This document shows, piece by piece, positions 38,000 through 53,700 of a stretch of 64,000 nucleotides of DNA; the first letter of the stretch is position 1, and each line of letters starts with the position of its first letter. The position numbers were made by a program, and so were the translations under genes. Origin of the DNA: Trichoplax adhaerens (taxonomy: Eukaryota > Animalia > Placozoa); NCBI RefSeq assembly GCF_000150275.1, contig NW_002060948.1, positions 5,378,336 through 5,442,335 of the forward strand, read 5' to 3'. Below the pieces are notes generated by a model. The model was not told the DNA's origin. It did not search any database and saw only the letters and a list, made by a program, of their open reading frames with translations.

Positions 38000-38880
38000 A
38001 CCTGCATGCATCCCTCTCTTTTTAGACACATTTGCAAGAAAAATTGTTTGTAGCCTAAAAATCACCTCGAGCACATCCATCAATGTATTGATGGAGTCTA
38101 TTAGCATCCGACTGACTGATTTGAATGAGTAGCACCATTTACTTGATAACCAAGCAATAAGTATATTTGTGTATGCCCATTTCTTTTTACTGAAATGGCA
38201 ACATGACAGTACTTCAATACTGACTAAAAGCCTACATGTATGGCTTGGTTGAAGCAGACTGATCTGTAAGGAAAATTGCTTGTTGCCTAAAATCATCCCA
38301 AGTTGTGCCGACATGTGAATATCATTAGCACAATTGACTTGATAATTTAAATATAATCAATACGCATACTGAAACGTACTTTGCGTTAATCTATTTCTTT
38401 TTTAATGAAATTGCAACAATACTTGAATACTGGCTAAATCTGCATACCTCCCTCTGTTTTACAATCATATAGACCAGCGTTCCACAAATGCGAAAATTTC
38501 GATCCTTGACCCAACCCGAGCCCGACCGTTATAGATTAATTGTCCCCCAAAAAATTGTTGCCTAAATTTAAATCCACTCTATCCAACAATGCATTGATCA
38601 AGTCTTAGCATCTTGTTGGCTAATTAGCAACATCATTTACTGGATAATTATAATTAATGCGCATATGTACTTATACTTAGTATGAACCCCTTTCTTTTCA
38701 ACTGAAACTGTTGCAATACTGTACTTGAATATCGTACTGACTAAATATATAGCCTGCATCTCTCCCTTTTAGACTGATGAGTAAGAAAACTTGCTTGTTG
38801 CCTAAAATTCTCCATTCCTATACTAATATCTAGTTTTTATCTTTCAACTAAAATTACAATCCTACATGAATTCTGACTAA
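38000..38880. repeat. Old degenerate direct repeats, about 3-4 copies of ~250 bp
   Basis: Recurrent ttgttgcctaaa (about 38047, 38280, 38555, 38795), tacttgaatactgactaa (about 38210, 38420, 38722, 38870) and caatgcattgat..agtct..tagcatc (about 38080, 38588). Confidence 0.6.
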
Positions 38881-39699
38881 GAAAGCTTACTACTACAAAA
38901 AGGAAATAAAGGCTTTCTTCGTGAGATTGTCATTAGAATAGTCCTCTTACAATCCAATATTATAAGCATACTCCTTTTTCGTATACAATACGCCTATCAG
39001 CATATGTTGTATAGTACAATACTTTGCCGCATGCAATGTTAATTAGAAAACAAAAAATTAACTATTGAACAAACATGTATTGATGCATGATTAGGATAGC
39101 TAGACTAATAAGCATATCTACAAAAGCCATAGAAGAAGTCGATTGATTCAGTTATTGTTATAGATATGCACATACATTGACGTTAATTGTAATCAGACTG
39201 TTGCTAATAAAGGACTAACGTTAATCCCACAAGCTAGTATTCAATTTTTTTTACTCATAACGCTATCAGACTTGAACTTTCATGACTAACATCATCGTAA
39301 TCAAGTTAAAAGAAGAAAAAGACACGCATAGAATAGACAAATGATGTTGATTCGATATTACTACATTGGTCATAAAATCTCATCTTGATTCTTATAGATT
39401 ATCACTGGCTGTAAGCGAAAGGGAAGATGATCCCATCGTTTGAAACATCTCATAACTGTATTATTTTAAAGTATTTTCACTACAGCTTACTGAGTAGGAA
39501 TACTACACATTAACTCATTAAAAAGCGATTAAATTGCACATTGCCTTACTCTATTATCCAACACAATAGAACTTGGTGGGACTACTTTTATAAAAAATTA
39601 GGGAGAAAGGCATGAAAGTTCATTTTACAGTATGCTGTACGATAATAGTAACTAAAAAAGGAATAATGTAATTATTTCTATCCCATTTGTACTCTATCC

Positions 39700-42600
39700 A
39701 ATCAACACACTCTTAGAATAGGAAAACAACTCGTCTACCAACACCATCCAGTTACGTTGATCATGAATTTTGTATTGATATTGTTGATGGAAATATCGAC
39801 TGATTTGGTAGAATAAATAAGGACCAATAATATTTGATTTAATGGACTAATATTGAAGCCATGGTACATTATGATGATTCAAGTATGAAAATAAGGATAA
39901 CCAACATGATTGTATCGGCTATTTTGTAGAATTAGAACAAAAGCCATGTATACCTAGGCAATAGAAATGTTCAAGTTAATGATCAGTTATTGTATATCTT
40001 GTCAGTGTACATTTGACGACTATTGTTGTGGAGAAAAATAATTGTTGATCACATCCAATAAAGATATGGACGCATAAATGCTATTTAGACAAATAAGAGC
40101 GATCACTAGTTGAAAGATTGTCAATACAAACAAAAGAATAGTAATAATTAATTAGAGTAAAGAAGGAGAATTAGCGTGCTATAGCTTTTCCTATTGGAGT
40201 GGATCCAGATTTAAATTAATTAGACTACAATAACTTGATCGTATTGCTATGTAAAAACTGGAAATAGATTGAACGATAGCGCAACTCTACTGTCTTGATC
40301 ATGCCTGTTAACGATAATTACTACGCCGCGTAGATCTTTCTCCATTCCATTTTAAGCCATCCATTTACATGATAACAAGAGTTGCAGTATCCAATCGTGC
40401 GATTAAGAATACTTATCCAACATCAATTCTATCACTGTGCTAATTTTCAACATTTTCCATGTTGGATCCATTAAATTAGCATCAATAACAACAAGGTTAG
40501 TCAGTAATAATACAATTGTCATTTTAGCTGGCTTTTTAAGACGCAGCATGTTGACGCCATCATGACTCCGATTGCTATATTGTCAGGACAACTATCATTT
40601 TATTCAATCATCAGTTTACTACTTTATCCCAAAGCAATTTTGAAAAATGGGATGGCTTCACGTAATAACTCTAATTATAGTTATAGTGTATAGATAAACC
40701 GTATTTACACTTTATTTCATGCATGGCAATGCTTGAAGGAATGATTGATCTCTTGAGTTCATTTTCTCCTCGCTAACGGAGAATCATTTTTTGTTTTACC
40801 TTGACGTCTGCTGCCGTTGTTTACCTAGTTGACGTGCTAGCTTTGATTATCATCATGGCTGTTACACTACCTTTTGCTTAAATATCAAAAGGATTCATGT
40901 TATAAAACGTTCACGAATCTTTCCTTGATTTTATAATAACGGTAAACAACACAATAAGAAGACAGTGATAAATAGTTTTACCATCTACAGTCAAATGATT
41001 TTTTTCTTTTTGACCTTTACTAGTCAAAGCATTACCTGTACTTTGCTGTAGCAAACAACGTCTCATTTTTTTTATTTTAGTAATCTCTCTTCGATCGAAT
41101 ATATGATCTAAAATTAGTAAAGGTAACAGCTGTTTTTACTCATCGCTCATGATAGTATATTGTTTTTTTTTTTTCTTTTATTGAAAGAGTACAAGTTGAT
41201 GACGACTTTAAATTCTATTTTAATCATCAATTCTTGTGCTACCGCCATAACACGAAACTAAAATGACTCCTTCAATGCCATGATATCTAGCCCTTAACTT
41301 ATCCCTTCAATCCTATATTATTTGATCTCTTTCACGTCTATGTAATGTCAATGATAATGGATAACGCTGACTAAATAATGATATCGTAGCTATGCTATCA
41401 ACTCAATAGAAGACAGACCAATGCTAAAGAGATTATTCAAAGTGTTGAAAACATATCAATACGCCGATGATTATAACTTGAAATGATGCCTTGGTCAAAA
41501 TTCTACAACGACATGAAGTCGATTTTAGCTTTTATTTTCTTAATAACCTTGACCACGACTTCTATTAAGATAACATACTGTAATATAATCATAACTGATG
41601 ATATCCCTTCATTTTTTACTTGATCTTCTATCTTAACCACAGTAAACTCTGGGATAGAAATTATCTTTCATGCCAATTTAAAACTGTAGACAAGAGACGC
41701 TATCCTTTGTCATCACTTCATTAATGCAATCCTGTAGCAAGTTACATGTTTCTTATTGACTGATCATTGTGACTTCCTAATTATTATTGACCCCTTTCTT
41801 CAATTACAAATATACCATCGAGATGAAGATATTTGTAGAATGACTCTTTTTCTATCGCTTCTTTTAGCTTCATCATTGGATAGCTATTCAATCTGTAAAG
41901 GCTTTCGCTGTAGGATTATCGACATTTACGCTCAGATTGAAAGTGATTGTCCTTCTAGATAGGGGATTATTTCAAACTTAGCCTTAATTAGATGATTAGA
42001 CAACACTGTAATTAACAATCACAAAAAAATAGATGGCCTCCATCCATCCTATCAACAAGATGATACTGTATCTATAGAAGCAGATGTTATTGATCTGTGC
42101 TCTATCTACTTTTTAATCATTGTAGTATTTAAAAGAATAAAGCGAACGCCGATCTCGTTGAAAAGAGATTAATCATTCTAATTTTAGTTCCTTGTAGGAG
42201 GTAGCAAATAAATGCCATTCATGACATGATCGATATAGACAAATACATAGACTATCATGCAGGTAGACATTATGTTGGAAATAAAAAATCTATCAAACCT
42301 TTCTTAAACTCAATTTATCAATAATCTCATTCCCTATCAAATGACCCTCTTATAGAAGCCAGTCGGCGATGTAAAACATTGAACAGAAATGCAATATGGA
42401 TCTATTATCAAAAGTCGATTATCCCATTTTACTTTGTCATGAAAATCTGCCATACAACATTAGCACTTTTTTTTTATTCGCCTTATCCTGTTCGATACAT
42501 GAATAGCTACAAATCACAACAAATACGTATTCCTCAGAAAGGAGGTTCAAAATAATTACTGAAGAGAACAAAAGTTGCCATGAACAACAATAACCCCAAG

Positions 42601-44590
42601 TTCTATTCCAGTTTAGTCGTCGATATCAGAACGAAACGGCTTTTTCTACCTTTGATAATGGCACTGACAACTCTGTTAAGAATAATAAGGATAAACTGTG
42701 TCAAGACAAAGCTATAGGGCATAATTTTTATATTGTTCAAATTATAGTCGTGCCCTATGGGAATTTATTGAATGTCCTCTCTAATTGTACCCCTCCGTTG
42801 GAATATTAAGTTATTAAAATGATATTTCTACTTATGCCTATTCGTCAATGATTCGTCTTGACACATGCAATTAGAGGGTTGGGTTAACTAATTCGTTCAA
42901 CAATATAATATCACAGTCAGTGCTTGATCAATGGAAGGAAAAAGTTCCTATACTATTTTACCTATTCAAGTGGAATATTAAAGCTAATAATCAACTAAAA
43001 TTACTATTAAACGACTTGATCATACCGTTGCCCTATCGAGTCGACAGCATCAATACAGTCCAATCGCCATGACCATTTCAATGACAAATACGGAATTGAA
43101 CCTAGAGTAATTTGCGGTTAACTACATATTTAAAGTATCTCATAGCCGATCATGAGATGTTGATTAGCAGGTACTACCATGGCGTTAGTCTAATAAATCA
43201 TCTATAAAATTGATTAAAGCTCAGCCTATTTTGAACTTTCCTACCCGTTTTGACATTCTTCTTCCTAATTTGCTGTCCTCCGCTTTTAATGCTGGCTTTC
43301 CCATTGCCTATCGTATGTTCTTTTCTTTTTTGCTTCCTATTAGCTTTCTTTTCATCTACTAAAACTATCGCTAAGCCGGCTTCAAAGTCAATTAATTATG
43401 ATTTTAGTGGTCCAATTTTTCTTTATTAAATATTACGGCTTCAAAAAATAGAGTAGAATAGGCGGGAATGAACACTCGCTTATGGAATTGTAGCAGTCGC
43501 TAGTTTAGTGCAAAAGAGATCCTCTTTTCCAGTGATTTTTTCTTCAAATAGAGTCTGCTGCTATCAACGTTAGTGCTATCTTACATTCTAAGAAATCTTC
43601 CAATTCATTTATCATCTATCGGTAATTAACTTTGTACTTTATTTACTTTATTACCTTGACTCAATTGAACATGAGATGATTTAAAATTAGAATTGATGAA
43701 CATCTTGTTCAGGTAGCCACATATTATACAATATGTTAATAGCCTTGTTTAAGAATGACTATAATGCGTGTATATTGTTTCAAGAGAACGACGCCATCTT
43801 AACAAAGTCTGTGAACTAATTCTAATCCTCTTTTAAGTTGATATTTTCCATATTAACTTTTATTTCACTTCAACATGACACGTAGAATAAGCTTATAAAA
43901 TAGCCGAGAGTGAAATGGATTTTAAAAAGGACATATTGAAGAAATTAAATACGCTATTTTACAGTAATTAGATTCTATCCCGCCATAAATTCAATTTAGA
44001 TTGTATTGGTGAAGTTAGTTGGAGTATACATGGTTGGACAATGAAATTTTTTTCTCGAATAGATTCGCAAGATGATGATATCTCAATTTCGTTATATTGT
44101 AAACGATTAATTTGTTCGTTATTATCGTAGCAGTTGTACGGTAGATTGAAATAAACAGAAAGGACATGGAAAAAATTACTCATCATGTCACTCATTGATA
44201 GAACAGTTGGAGTCCACGAAAGACCAGCATTCTCACTTAATATATCCCATAGTTACTATTCAATGTAGTTAATGATACCACTTACAAAGCATAGTAAAAT
44301 AGTTTATTTTAAACTTATCGATTCGCTATCTAGTCAATAACCACTTCTTCAAAGAGTTCGATTAACTTCAGACTTTCAATTTGTTGCCCTTTATCGACAG
44401 AAATGGCCTAAATGGCACTGAATTAAGTTATAACATGCATGAAGTGCTATTCGAGTTGCGTATATTATTGCTGTAGTAAGTAAGTAAATAAATTGGCATA
44501 TTAGATACAAGTGAATAGTTTCCGTGATCCATAATAATAAAGTTAACATGGCGAGGAAGTTAATTGTCGAAGGAGTAGCAATGTCCATGA
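39700..44590 (-). pseudogene. Probable decayed multi-exon gene(s) of unknown identity
   Basis: Several protein-like minus-strand stretches are interrupted by stops or frameshifts: about 95 open codons at 43968-44252, SQTLLRWRRSLETIYTHYSHS* near 43800, 60 Lys-rich codons at 43200-43380, MADFHDKVKWDNRLLIIDPYC near 42400, and RLNSYPMMKLKEAIEKESFYKYLHLDGIFVIEE near 41850. No family recognised. Confidence 0.35.
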
Positions 44591-44708
44591 TGAAATTGAC
44601 GTAATTGACTGGTTTTCATTTCCATGTTGTTATTGAATTGCAGACGGTAGGAAGAAATATGGCAAGCAGGACGATAAAATAGCATATTGATATCATTTTA
44701 TCGCCAGG

Positions 44709-47700
44709 ATGGATCCGCCGAAGGTAATTACAGATGTCTGCTTCTTTTTCCTTAATATGCTGCCAACTTCTACTTATTAATTAGGCGATATTAGATAAGC
44801 TAAAGGTATTATCATTGTGGTTTTAGATCACACTCAATACTCGCAATAGACAAAATCGTCAAGATTTAGATTCCTGGCTGAAATCATCTCAAGGCAAGTA
44901 ATTTTTTATTTATCATTAACCAGCACAATTCAAGCACGATACTGTCCACTCTTACTATTGACTATACTATTCTACCTTTTACTATCGGATAGCTTGTGAA
45001 TTTTGTCGTATTTTAGAGGCAAAATACAACAATTTCTATTTCCATATAGCATCATCAAATTAGGTGATAGTTGATGGATCTAGTCACATTTTGGAGACAA
45101 GATACTGTAATGTTACTTTTACTTAATAGTATAAAATTAGCCGATAGTTTGTGAATTGACTCATATTTGGAGGTACGATATTGCAATTCGTAATATAACA
45201 TTGCCCGATAACTGCTGCATCTAGTCACTTTAAAGAAGCAATTCAAAATTGAAAGCGATTGGTAGTACTAAATTTGAAAAATGACCTTGTTGATTTAATT
45301 TAACACTATTGCATATGATATTTTTACCGTCAGATTGATAGTGCTAAATTTGAAATATAACCTTGTTGATTTAATTTAACACTATTGCATATGATATTTT
45401 TACCGTCAGATTGGTAGTGCTAAATTTGAAATATATCCTTGTTGATTTAATTTAACACTATTGCATACGATATTTTTACCGTCAGATCGGTAGAGCTAAA
45501 TTTGAAATATAACCTTCTTGATTTAATTTAACGCTATTGTATATGATATTTTACCGTCAGATTTCAATTATAATCATGGTGGCAGTAAGAGTAATTATGT
45601 TAGCTACACTAAAAGATCGACAAACGCTAGAAGTTCCAATATCGACACCAGAATCTTAGACAGTTCCTTGCAAGCATCGCAAGACCGCCATACTAGCCGA
45701 CATCAAACCCCATCATCATCGATTAACAATGATAAAAAGCGGAAAGAAATGGCACAACTGTCGGATGCTATTACAGACAGCCTCTATTGGAGGGAAAATT
45801 CATCATCGACGACATCATCCACCATTTCCCCTCGACGACCAGTTAAAATACCGGATAAATATCTTTCTTATTTTGTTTCAAAACAACCATCAACAAAACA
45901 CAAGCAAACAAATAGTCCTTTGGCATCATCGTTTTCGTCCAAAGTTAAGCCCGATAGTATAAGTCGTAGTAGTAGCCGTAGTAGCAGAAAATCCGATATT
46001 CATTCTAAACCATCTCAATCACATAGTTTAACATTATACGATCCAAATTCGAATCATCAAGATACCAATAGAAATACTAATCTTTTCTATAGCATGAACG
46101 ATCATGATAGTTTCCATAAATTATTTAATCACACAAGTCAAAATAAAACCACCAATGTACCTTCCGATAGCGATCAAGGATCCAAGCAAAATCGATCGAT
46201 ATTGAAAAGGAAAGTAAAAAAGGTAAGCTTCAATTTTCTATTAAGTGGAAACTTCAATTTCTCCAGTCATATTAATTCATGAAGATGGATTCACAATCTC
46301 GTAGGTTCTAAATAAATACGTTTTGGAATTCAATTGACCATTAAATAGTTAATTTTTCATCATGATACTACAGTAGTATTCCCGATTGTACTTTACTGAT
46401 AATATCAAGTAGAATATACTCTTACCCTGTAAGTGCAGAATAGCTATCATGATTATTCTCGTTCTTGAAGGTTACTAGGTCATGAGTATCGATCCATTTA
46501 GCCCACTCTTTGATCGTAATTTCATAGACTTTTAAACGAAAAGTTCTATTACTCTTGTACCAATTAATCAGAGATTCATCCCCACTCTCTGACAGACTTT
46601 AAGTAGATACATTTTGGATTTCAGTTTTGCCTTCATAGCTAATTTTTTATTATGATTCTTTGATTGTAATTCATGGATAATATCAAGTAGATCAAACTCC
46701 GATCTTAGAACTACAGAATAATATGTCGTTATTATTTTCGTTTTTATTTCAAGTTTATATAAGTATCGATCAATTTTGCCCATTTTTCAAACAGTGATAT
46801 CTCAGTCTTAATGTTTTCAATATCTTAACTTAACTTACCCTGTTTAGACTGGTTATATTATTTACATATCATCCAGTATAGCTAGAAGCAGTTCGTTAAC
46901 ATACCTATCTCTATACTTTTATGCTTTTTCGGCAAGCGAGTAGCTAAGTTAAAGACATTGGAGACTCATTTCAAGCAATTTAATCTTATATACAAGTTCT
47001 CTGAATATCCTGTGAGGATACGCTACGACATACTAATACCTTACCTTTTTAAATTGTCGTGCGCCATAACAGTTACCACGTAGTTAAGCTAAATTACCAT
47101 ACTACTTTAAAAAGAACTGCTGCGATCTGGTATCAGTATACAATTTCCACTTTTAATAAACTTAAAACCTGTTAAAATAGGGCATAAAACACTGTAAAAT
47201 CATTTTTCTACCTGATACTCAACCGTTTTGTGCGTAATAATGTACACATGTAAAATCTCTGTGGCCTTCGATTGTTATACTTGTATATGGCCATTTTATT
47301 TCTCAACTGATGTAACATCAAATAAAGCTTTACCTCTCAACTCTTACTAGTTATACAGTTACTCCCGTCAAAGCAATATCGAAGAATATCCAGTAGGATT
47401 AACATCCTCATCATGGCATTACGATAGAGATCTTCAACAATCTCTGAATAACGATAGCATAAACTCTAATCTGTCTTCCTATCTAATCCAAAACGACAAA
47501 CCAGATAAATTCAACCACTATATCAATCTCAGTAGCCAATATTCTAGCCCTGCAGGATGGGCTCTAACGATTGTTCGACGGATTACTCCTAATATCGTAG
47601 AGCAGCAAAAAAAATTGCCTCTGGTAAGTATCAAGATAGGATAAACAGGGTGCTAACTGTTGTATAGGCATGGCCTATTCTCACCATTTATCGATTGAAT

Positions 47701-50700
47701 AGGAATATTGACTCCTATTGATTTCTTCTTCTACCGTAAAAACTAGGCTCGGTATTTCTGTCTTTGGTATTTAAATGTTCGATTAATAAAGTCGTTAAAG
47801 AAGCATCAATATTCCATTGTAAAGAGGTCAGTCGTGGTGATAATAATAATCTAAGAACCACTGTTATCAATTTTTGGATAATCAGGACGATTCCTCACGA
47901 TCAATAAGATAGTATCATGCTTCTTCATTTCCGATAATTTTTCGATTCACTACTAGCAAGATTCTTTCATAAAGGAACTAAATACAGCAGCATTCAATTA
48001 AGATTGATCTACCAAAGAATAAACTAGGCTTTAAACAGCATACCCCTCATAGTAATACATCTACATGTATTCAACTTAAAGTGATTTAAAATTGAGTTAA
48101 ATCATAATGTCGTCTTGCAGACAATATTCTGTGCTGATTTACCATAGCTGCCCCGTTCTTGAATATTACAAAATAGAGAAACGCTAAATATATTGAAATA
48201 CCCATATTCCATTTATTAGCAACAATAACTATCGAATAAGTGTTTATTACAACTGCTACTTTTAGCTATTCGTTACCTAGTCAAAAGTAAGCTGAGCTTT
48301 CATAGTGCATATGCAAGTATTCAGTATGAATGTCTCATACACGTATTAAAGCTAAAGTTGTTAAAATTACCTTAAATATCTAGACAGCATAAAAGTTATA
48401 AAAGGCAAACGTACTGAAATACCTCATAGTCATTTCTAAATTTCATATCTACACACATCGATATTGATAGAGTTAATCAACACTATCGTCGCAATCTTTT
48501 GTCGAAATGCTTCCGTGCTTGGCGCTTAAGAAGGCCTGTTCAGGAATTATTAGCGGATAAACTAAGGAGAGTTCATCTATTAAACCATGGATTTAATAGT
48601 TGGCATTGGTTAACAATGTGTGATAAAGAAAAACTAGATATTCATCATAGACATGTAAATAAACGAATCCTAGAAAAGTCTTGGCTAACGGTAATTCTTG
48701 AACTATACCCTTTGGATGATCTAATTATCCTTTATTTATCACAACTGTATATTTGCTTTGTAAGAAGGAAAATGCTATATTGAATCATTTTCATCTCTAT
48801 CTTAAACATTCAATAGTGGCAAAAGAGATATGCTGATCGTCGCTATACCATGATTCGGCAAGCATTTTCTTCCTGGCGACAGTTTGTCATTACATCGGCA
48901 AGGTAGCATTTCCATAACCAGCAATAGCTTTTCGTAAAAAAAAGTTGAGCTAATCAACAGATGCTTTAGAAACAGTGATTATTACTTTTATAAGAAAGCT
49001 TTCCACAATTTTCCTGCATCTCATTTTTACAATAAACTTTATTTATTTCGATTGCATTAAATACAGAAGTAAGGTAGTTATTGATCCTATTAAACTGAAA
49101 CAAATTTTCTTGTCTTATTTCCAGGGCAACCATTTTAAAAAATAATTATAAAAGACAGGTACTCATTACGTCCTATAAGATATGGAAAGCAAAGTTTTCC
49201 CAAGGGCAAGCGTTGAAGATCTCTTCTTTACATTACAAGTAAGCTGAATAGACTGCTTGAGAATTGAGTGAAATAATGATTTTGTAGATAGTTAAAAAAT
49301 TGTTTAATGGAATCAAACAATTAGCTGCAATCAAAATTTGTAGGTAGTCAAGTGGATACTCATAATAATACTTTAATATGTAGCTTAAAATTGGGCTCAA
49401 CCGTTGCATAGAGATAGTTAAATAGATATTGTACTAATAGTTAAAAATACAGTTTTAAACTGAGCAATACTCATGATGTTAGAGATAGCTGAGCAAATAC
49501 TTGTACAAATATTTTAAATATAGCCTTAGGTTGGGCAATAACCTTGATGTTAGAGATAGTTAAAAATAAACTTGTATCGGCACTAATAATTTAATATAAT
49601 CCTTTAGATTCTGGTTGTAATATTGATATACTGTATATTTGAGTCGGCACTTATAATTTCAATAAGCTTCTTTAGAATTGACAGTGATTGTGATATTAGA
49701 GACAGCTAAAATAAGATTTTAACCAACTTTTGTTAGAATTTATCTGTAATCATAATATTGGAAATAGCTAGAAGTATATTTGAGTCGCCACTAAACCTAA
49801 TTTTTTGCTGTAATTTGGTTTATGTACGAATATAGTAGAGTATCTTATGACTTTTATCTGAAGCAATCTTTTAATAAAATTACAGCCAGTAATTATTATT
49901 TAAATTCAATTCTTTAAGGATAACCCTCTTATCGAAACATTGGAATGATTGGAGAACATTTATAATTAATGAAAGGATTAAGAAACGCCAAAACGAAGTT
50001 GCTAGGTGAATATAAAATTCAATCTCGAAAGCTTACATCCCTACATGTTCTACAGTCATGGTTTACAGACTGTGTGATTCTATTTCAGTCATTTATTAGT
50101 GCACAAAAATGTACTACATACTTATTGGAAATAGAATATTGTTCAAAGCTTTATATTTTAAAATTATTAGAATATTTCGAGAAGAAAGTACTATAAAGAG
50201 AATATTTCCACTAATTAAGGAATCGTTTCAAAGGCATCAAAAGGCGAAAACTTATTACAAGTAAGATATTCGTTACATTAATTTTACCTTAATAGGGTAA
50301 TTTATTCGTCAACTAAATTTCCGGATTGCTTTCTATAAAAAATTGAATGTAACTGGGATTATAGATAAAATATACCCTCGTTTTTACTAATACCGTAATG
50401 TCAGTAGCATTAAATTGCAAGTGTTTTAATACAGATATAAAATATAGTTTAAAGTCAAATTACAATTAGTTCTAAATCTTGTAGTCTTAGCAATTGGAGT
50501 TAAGAGAGAAAATGTAAATTGCACGCAGCAGTAGTAAACTAAAGTATTCACTTCTACGATCTCATTCAGTTGCTTCTTACTCCTAATAAAATAAATCATA
50601 TTCCAAAAGTAGACTACATAACTTAGTAAAATCTAATTTTTTCCGTTTAAAGATCTCCTTTAGTTACTTCGTACCCATAACAAAAGAAATCATACTCCCA

Positions 50701-53700
50701 TTTCATGTATATCCAATATCTTAATATTGCAGTCGATTCGAATCAATAAACTATCAAATATTAATGATATTTATTTACGCTATATGTATGCTAGCGAAAG
50801 TCGGCAATAGAAAGACAGTCTATAAAACTTAAATTATTCTCTGCAGATACTGTCTATATCTTACAATCTAACCTAAACACTTCCTAATCCCAATATCAAA
50901 ATATTTTTAAATATCACTATGAAAGTTTCGCTAAGTAATCATTAGTATTACAAGTTATTAATTTCTAAGATCTATAACTATCCTCAACAGATGCAAATCA
51001 TTCAGTAAATATTTAAAGCAATGGCATGACTGGGCACAACATTCAAGGTAACCTATATAAACGATAGCATGCAGCTTAATTGATATATTACACTGTTACT
51101 AAATATCCAATTCGCAAATTAGCATAAACCGCAGCAATGTTATAAAATTGAAATATTTTTAAATGATTTACTTCAAATTAGGGCTTACCACCTCCATCAA
51201 AATAGTACCGCTATGGAACACCGTAAAATTATTCTGGTTCAGTCCATGTTAAGCAGGTAATAAAATAGAGACATTGAAATGCATATTTACCTTTACTATC
51301 CAGTATATATGCTGGTCAAAGTAACATAATCCATAAAAATTCTTATCCTTAATAAACGTAGATGGCAAGAGAAATTCAAGGATGCAATGGCTGATAAAAC
51401 TTGCCATACAAAATTAATGAAGTAAGAACTTATTAAAATTCTTAGTTATATTATGTATAAACACTACAAACATAAGGTTATTTTAATCTATACAAGAACA
51501 GAAGAAACGAAATTATCAGCATTATGAATGTACTAAAAATTGGTATCTTATAATCGTTTTACAATAATTTTAGGAAATATATAAATGTATGGATTATTAA
51601 ATACCACAGTAAACTACACCTCCATCAACTAGCAGAAAATAAGGGCAAAAAGGTATTAGCACTATCCTAATACGTAGAATTTATTTCAGCAATATTGCAT
51701 TTGTTATTGGATATTTCGATTGATCATCCAACAAGCAAACTTTCTCATATTTTCTTCTAATAGTGTCTGCAAAGAAGAATACTGCTAAAATGGAGAGAAA
51801 ATGCTATCGAAACATGGACCGTTCGTCAAAAATTCATTCAACGTCTAAAATTAGTTCGCTTAAGAATGTACTTTTTACATTGGAAACAAAATACAAGAGT
51901 CTTGGGCGATCTTAGGTACCCCATCATATTTTAAATTGTTCTAAATCATTTTTTAACTTTTCATCTTGTCAAACTATCCTAATCAACTTGAAATCTACTT
52001 CATGCTCGTTCATTTTAGACAATGTCAGATAGCTGCTGTAACATCGATCGAACGTCTACAAATGATGTCCGTCTTAAGATTATGGAAACAAAAATTAGAA
52101 AATCGTTTCCTACGTCAAGTTGTGAAACAGAAATTACGCCAAAGATTGATCAGGTAGAAAACTAGTGACGATATGATAGAAATATGCTTTTGCATAGAAA
52201 TGTAGCTACGGTAGAGTAAAATGAAGTAAAAGTATAGAATTAATTGATCCTGAACGTTACTGGGCATTCTTTAGGAAAACTGCTAGTAAATGGTTGAAAT
52301 TACTGGAAAGGAGAAAATTAAAGGATGAAGCAGAACACTTTCAATCCCATCGTCGCTATGTCATGCTACAAGGTATGCTGTAATCATCATCATTCCCTTA
52401 TTCAGATGGATATAATTTGATATCGGCAAATTATATATGTCCTATTGTTATTTATTTTTCTTACTTTAATATTTTTAGCTTCCTTTCATCGCTGGTGTGC
52501 AGCTTATGAACAGATTCGAATGCGAGAGCAGAGCATTCAACGAGGTCGCCTTATACTAAATCATCAACTTACTCGTAATATATTTAATAAATGGAGGCTA
52601 CAGCTGTATCGATCAAGACTGATTGCTCCATTATTAGCAAGAGTTCACCGAAAAATAGTCAACAAGTAGGTCTACTATTATGTAACTAATCTATAGTGAA
52701 AGTTAGAAATATTTCATGGAATTGCAAGCTTATTATCCAATGATTATGATTTATTGATAATGAAATTCAGGATACCAAAATTATACTAATTAAAGATTTT
52801 GCTAATTATCACTTATCAATTTATAATATATTTTTTATCCTAACAAATAAGTTGTAAAATCAGATATCATAGCACTTGTTTTTGCCACTGATAACTTGAT
52901 TATGCTTATTAATAATCATTGCTTATTATTCTTACAAAAATCGAAACAGAGCTTTCGATAGATGGTATTTATTTATTAAACAACGTCAACAACATCAAGA
53001 TTTATACGATTTATATCAAAGACAAAAAAAAGAAAATATCTTTCATACATGGAAGTAAGAATGCTCCAGTTATTCATTACATTTAACATTATATCAATGC
53101 ACATTATCTGTTTTACAAAATATGATAACCTGTTATAGCTATTTTAACCTCTTACTTAATCGAACATTAGGGATAAATGCATTACGAAGCAGTTGTCTGA
53201 TCAATTTCTTAATAAAGTACAATCGAAGAAATTACAAAATGTTTTCAATCGTTGGAAAGGTATAATTTACTTACTACTGATTAATCAATAATATGGAGTA
53301 TTAACTAATTAGATTTAACGATTAATTTTGATTCCTATCTAAGGGGGTGAAACTATTCTTATTTATTCTACACTAGAGATGTATTATTCACATCAATATC
53401 CCAGTATTATGGATCGATATGGGCGAAATTTAAGAACGAAACGAATATTCCGACAGTGGAAATCTAAATTTGAAAATATTAATCAAGAACTAGAAGTAAA
53501 AATGGCGACATTGGTAATTGAAATTTAAGAAATTATTAATAGTCGAAAGCATTAATTTTTCCATGAATTGATGTTAGCAATTATTGCAATCTCATTTTTT
53601 ATTAACGATCTCTTTTATTATATATTCTTAGGCTCGGGAAAAAGCATTACTAAGAAGTAGTTTTAAACTTTGGTTACTAAAATTCAATAAGAAATACAAA

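Noticed and set aside
38765-38800. U12 snRNA-like or hammerhead-like word TAGACTGATGAGTAAGAAAA
   Set aside because: No downstream U12 stems or Sm site, no room for hammerhead stem II, and a variant occurs at about 38256 as part of the local degenerate repeat.
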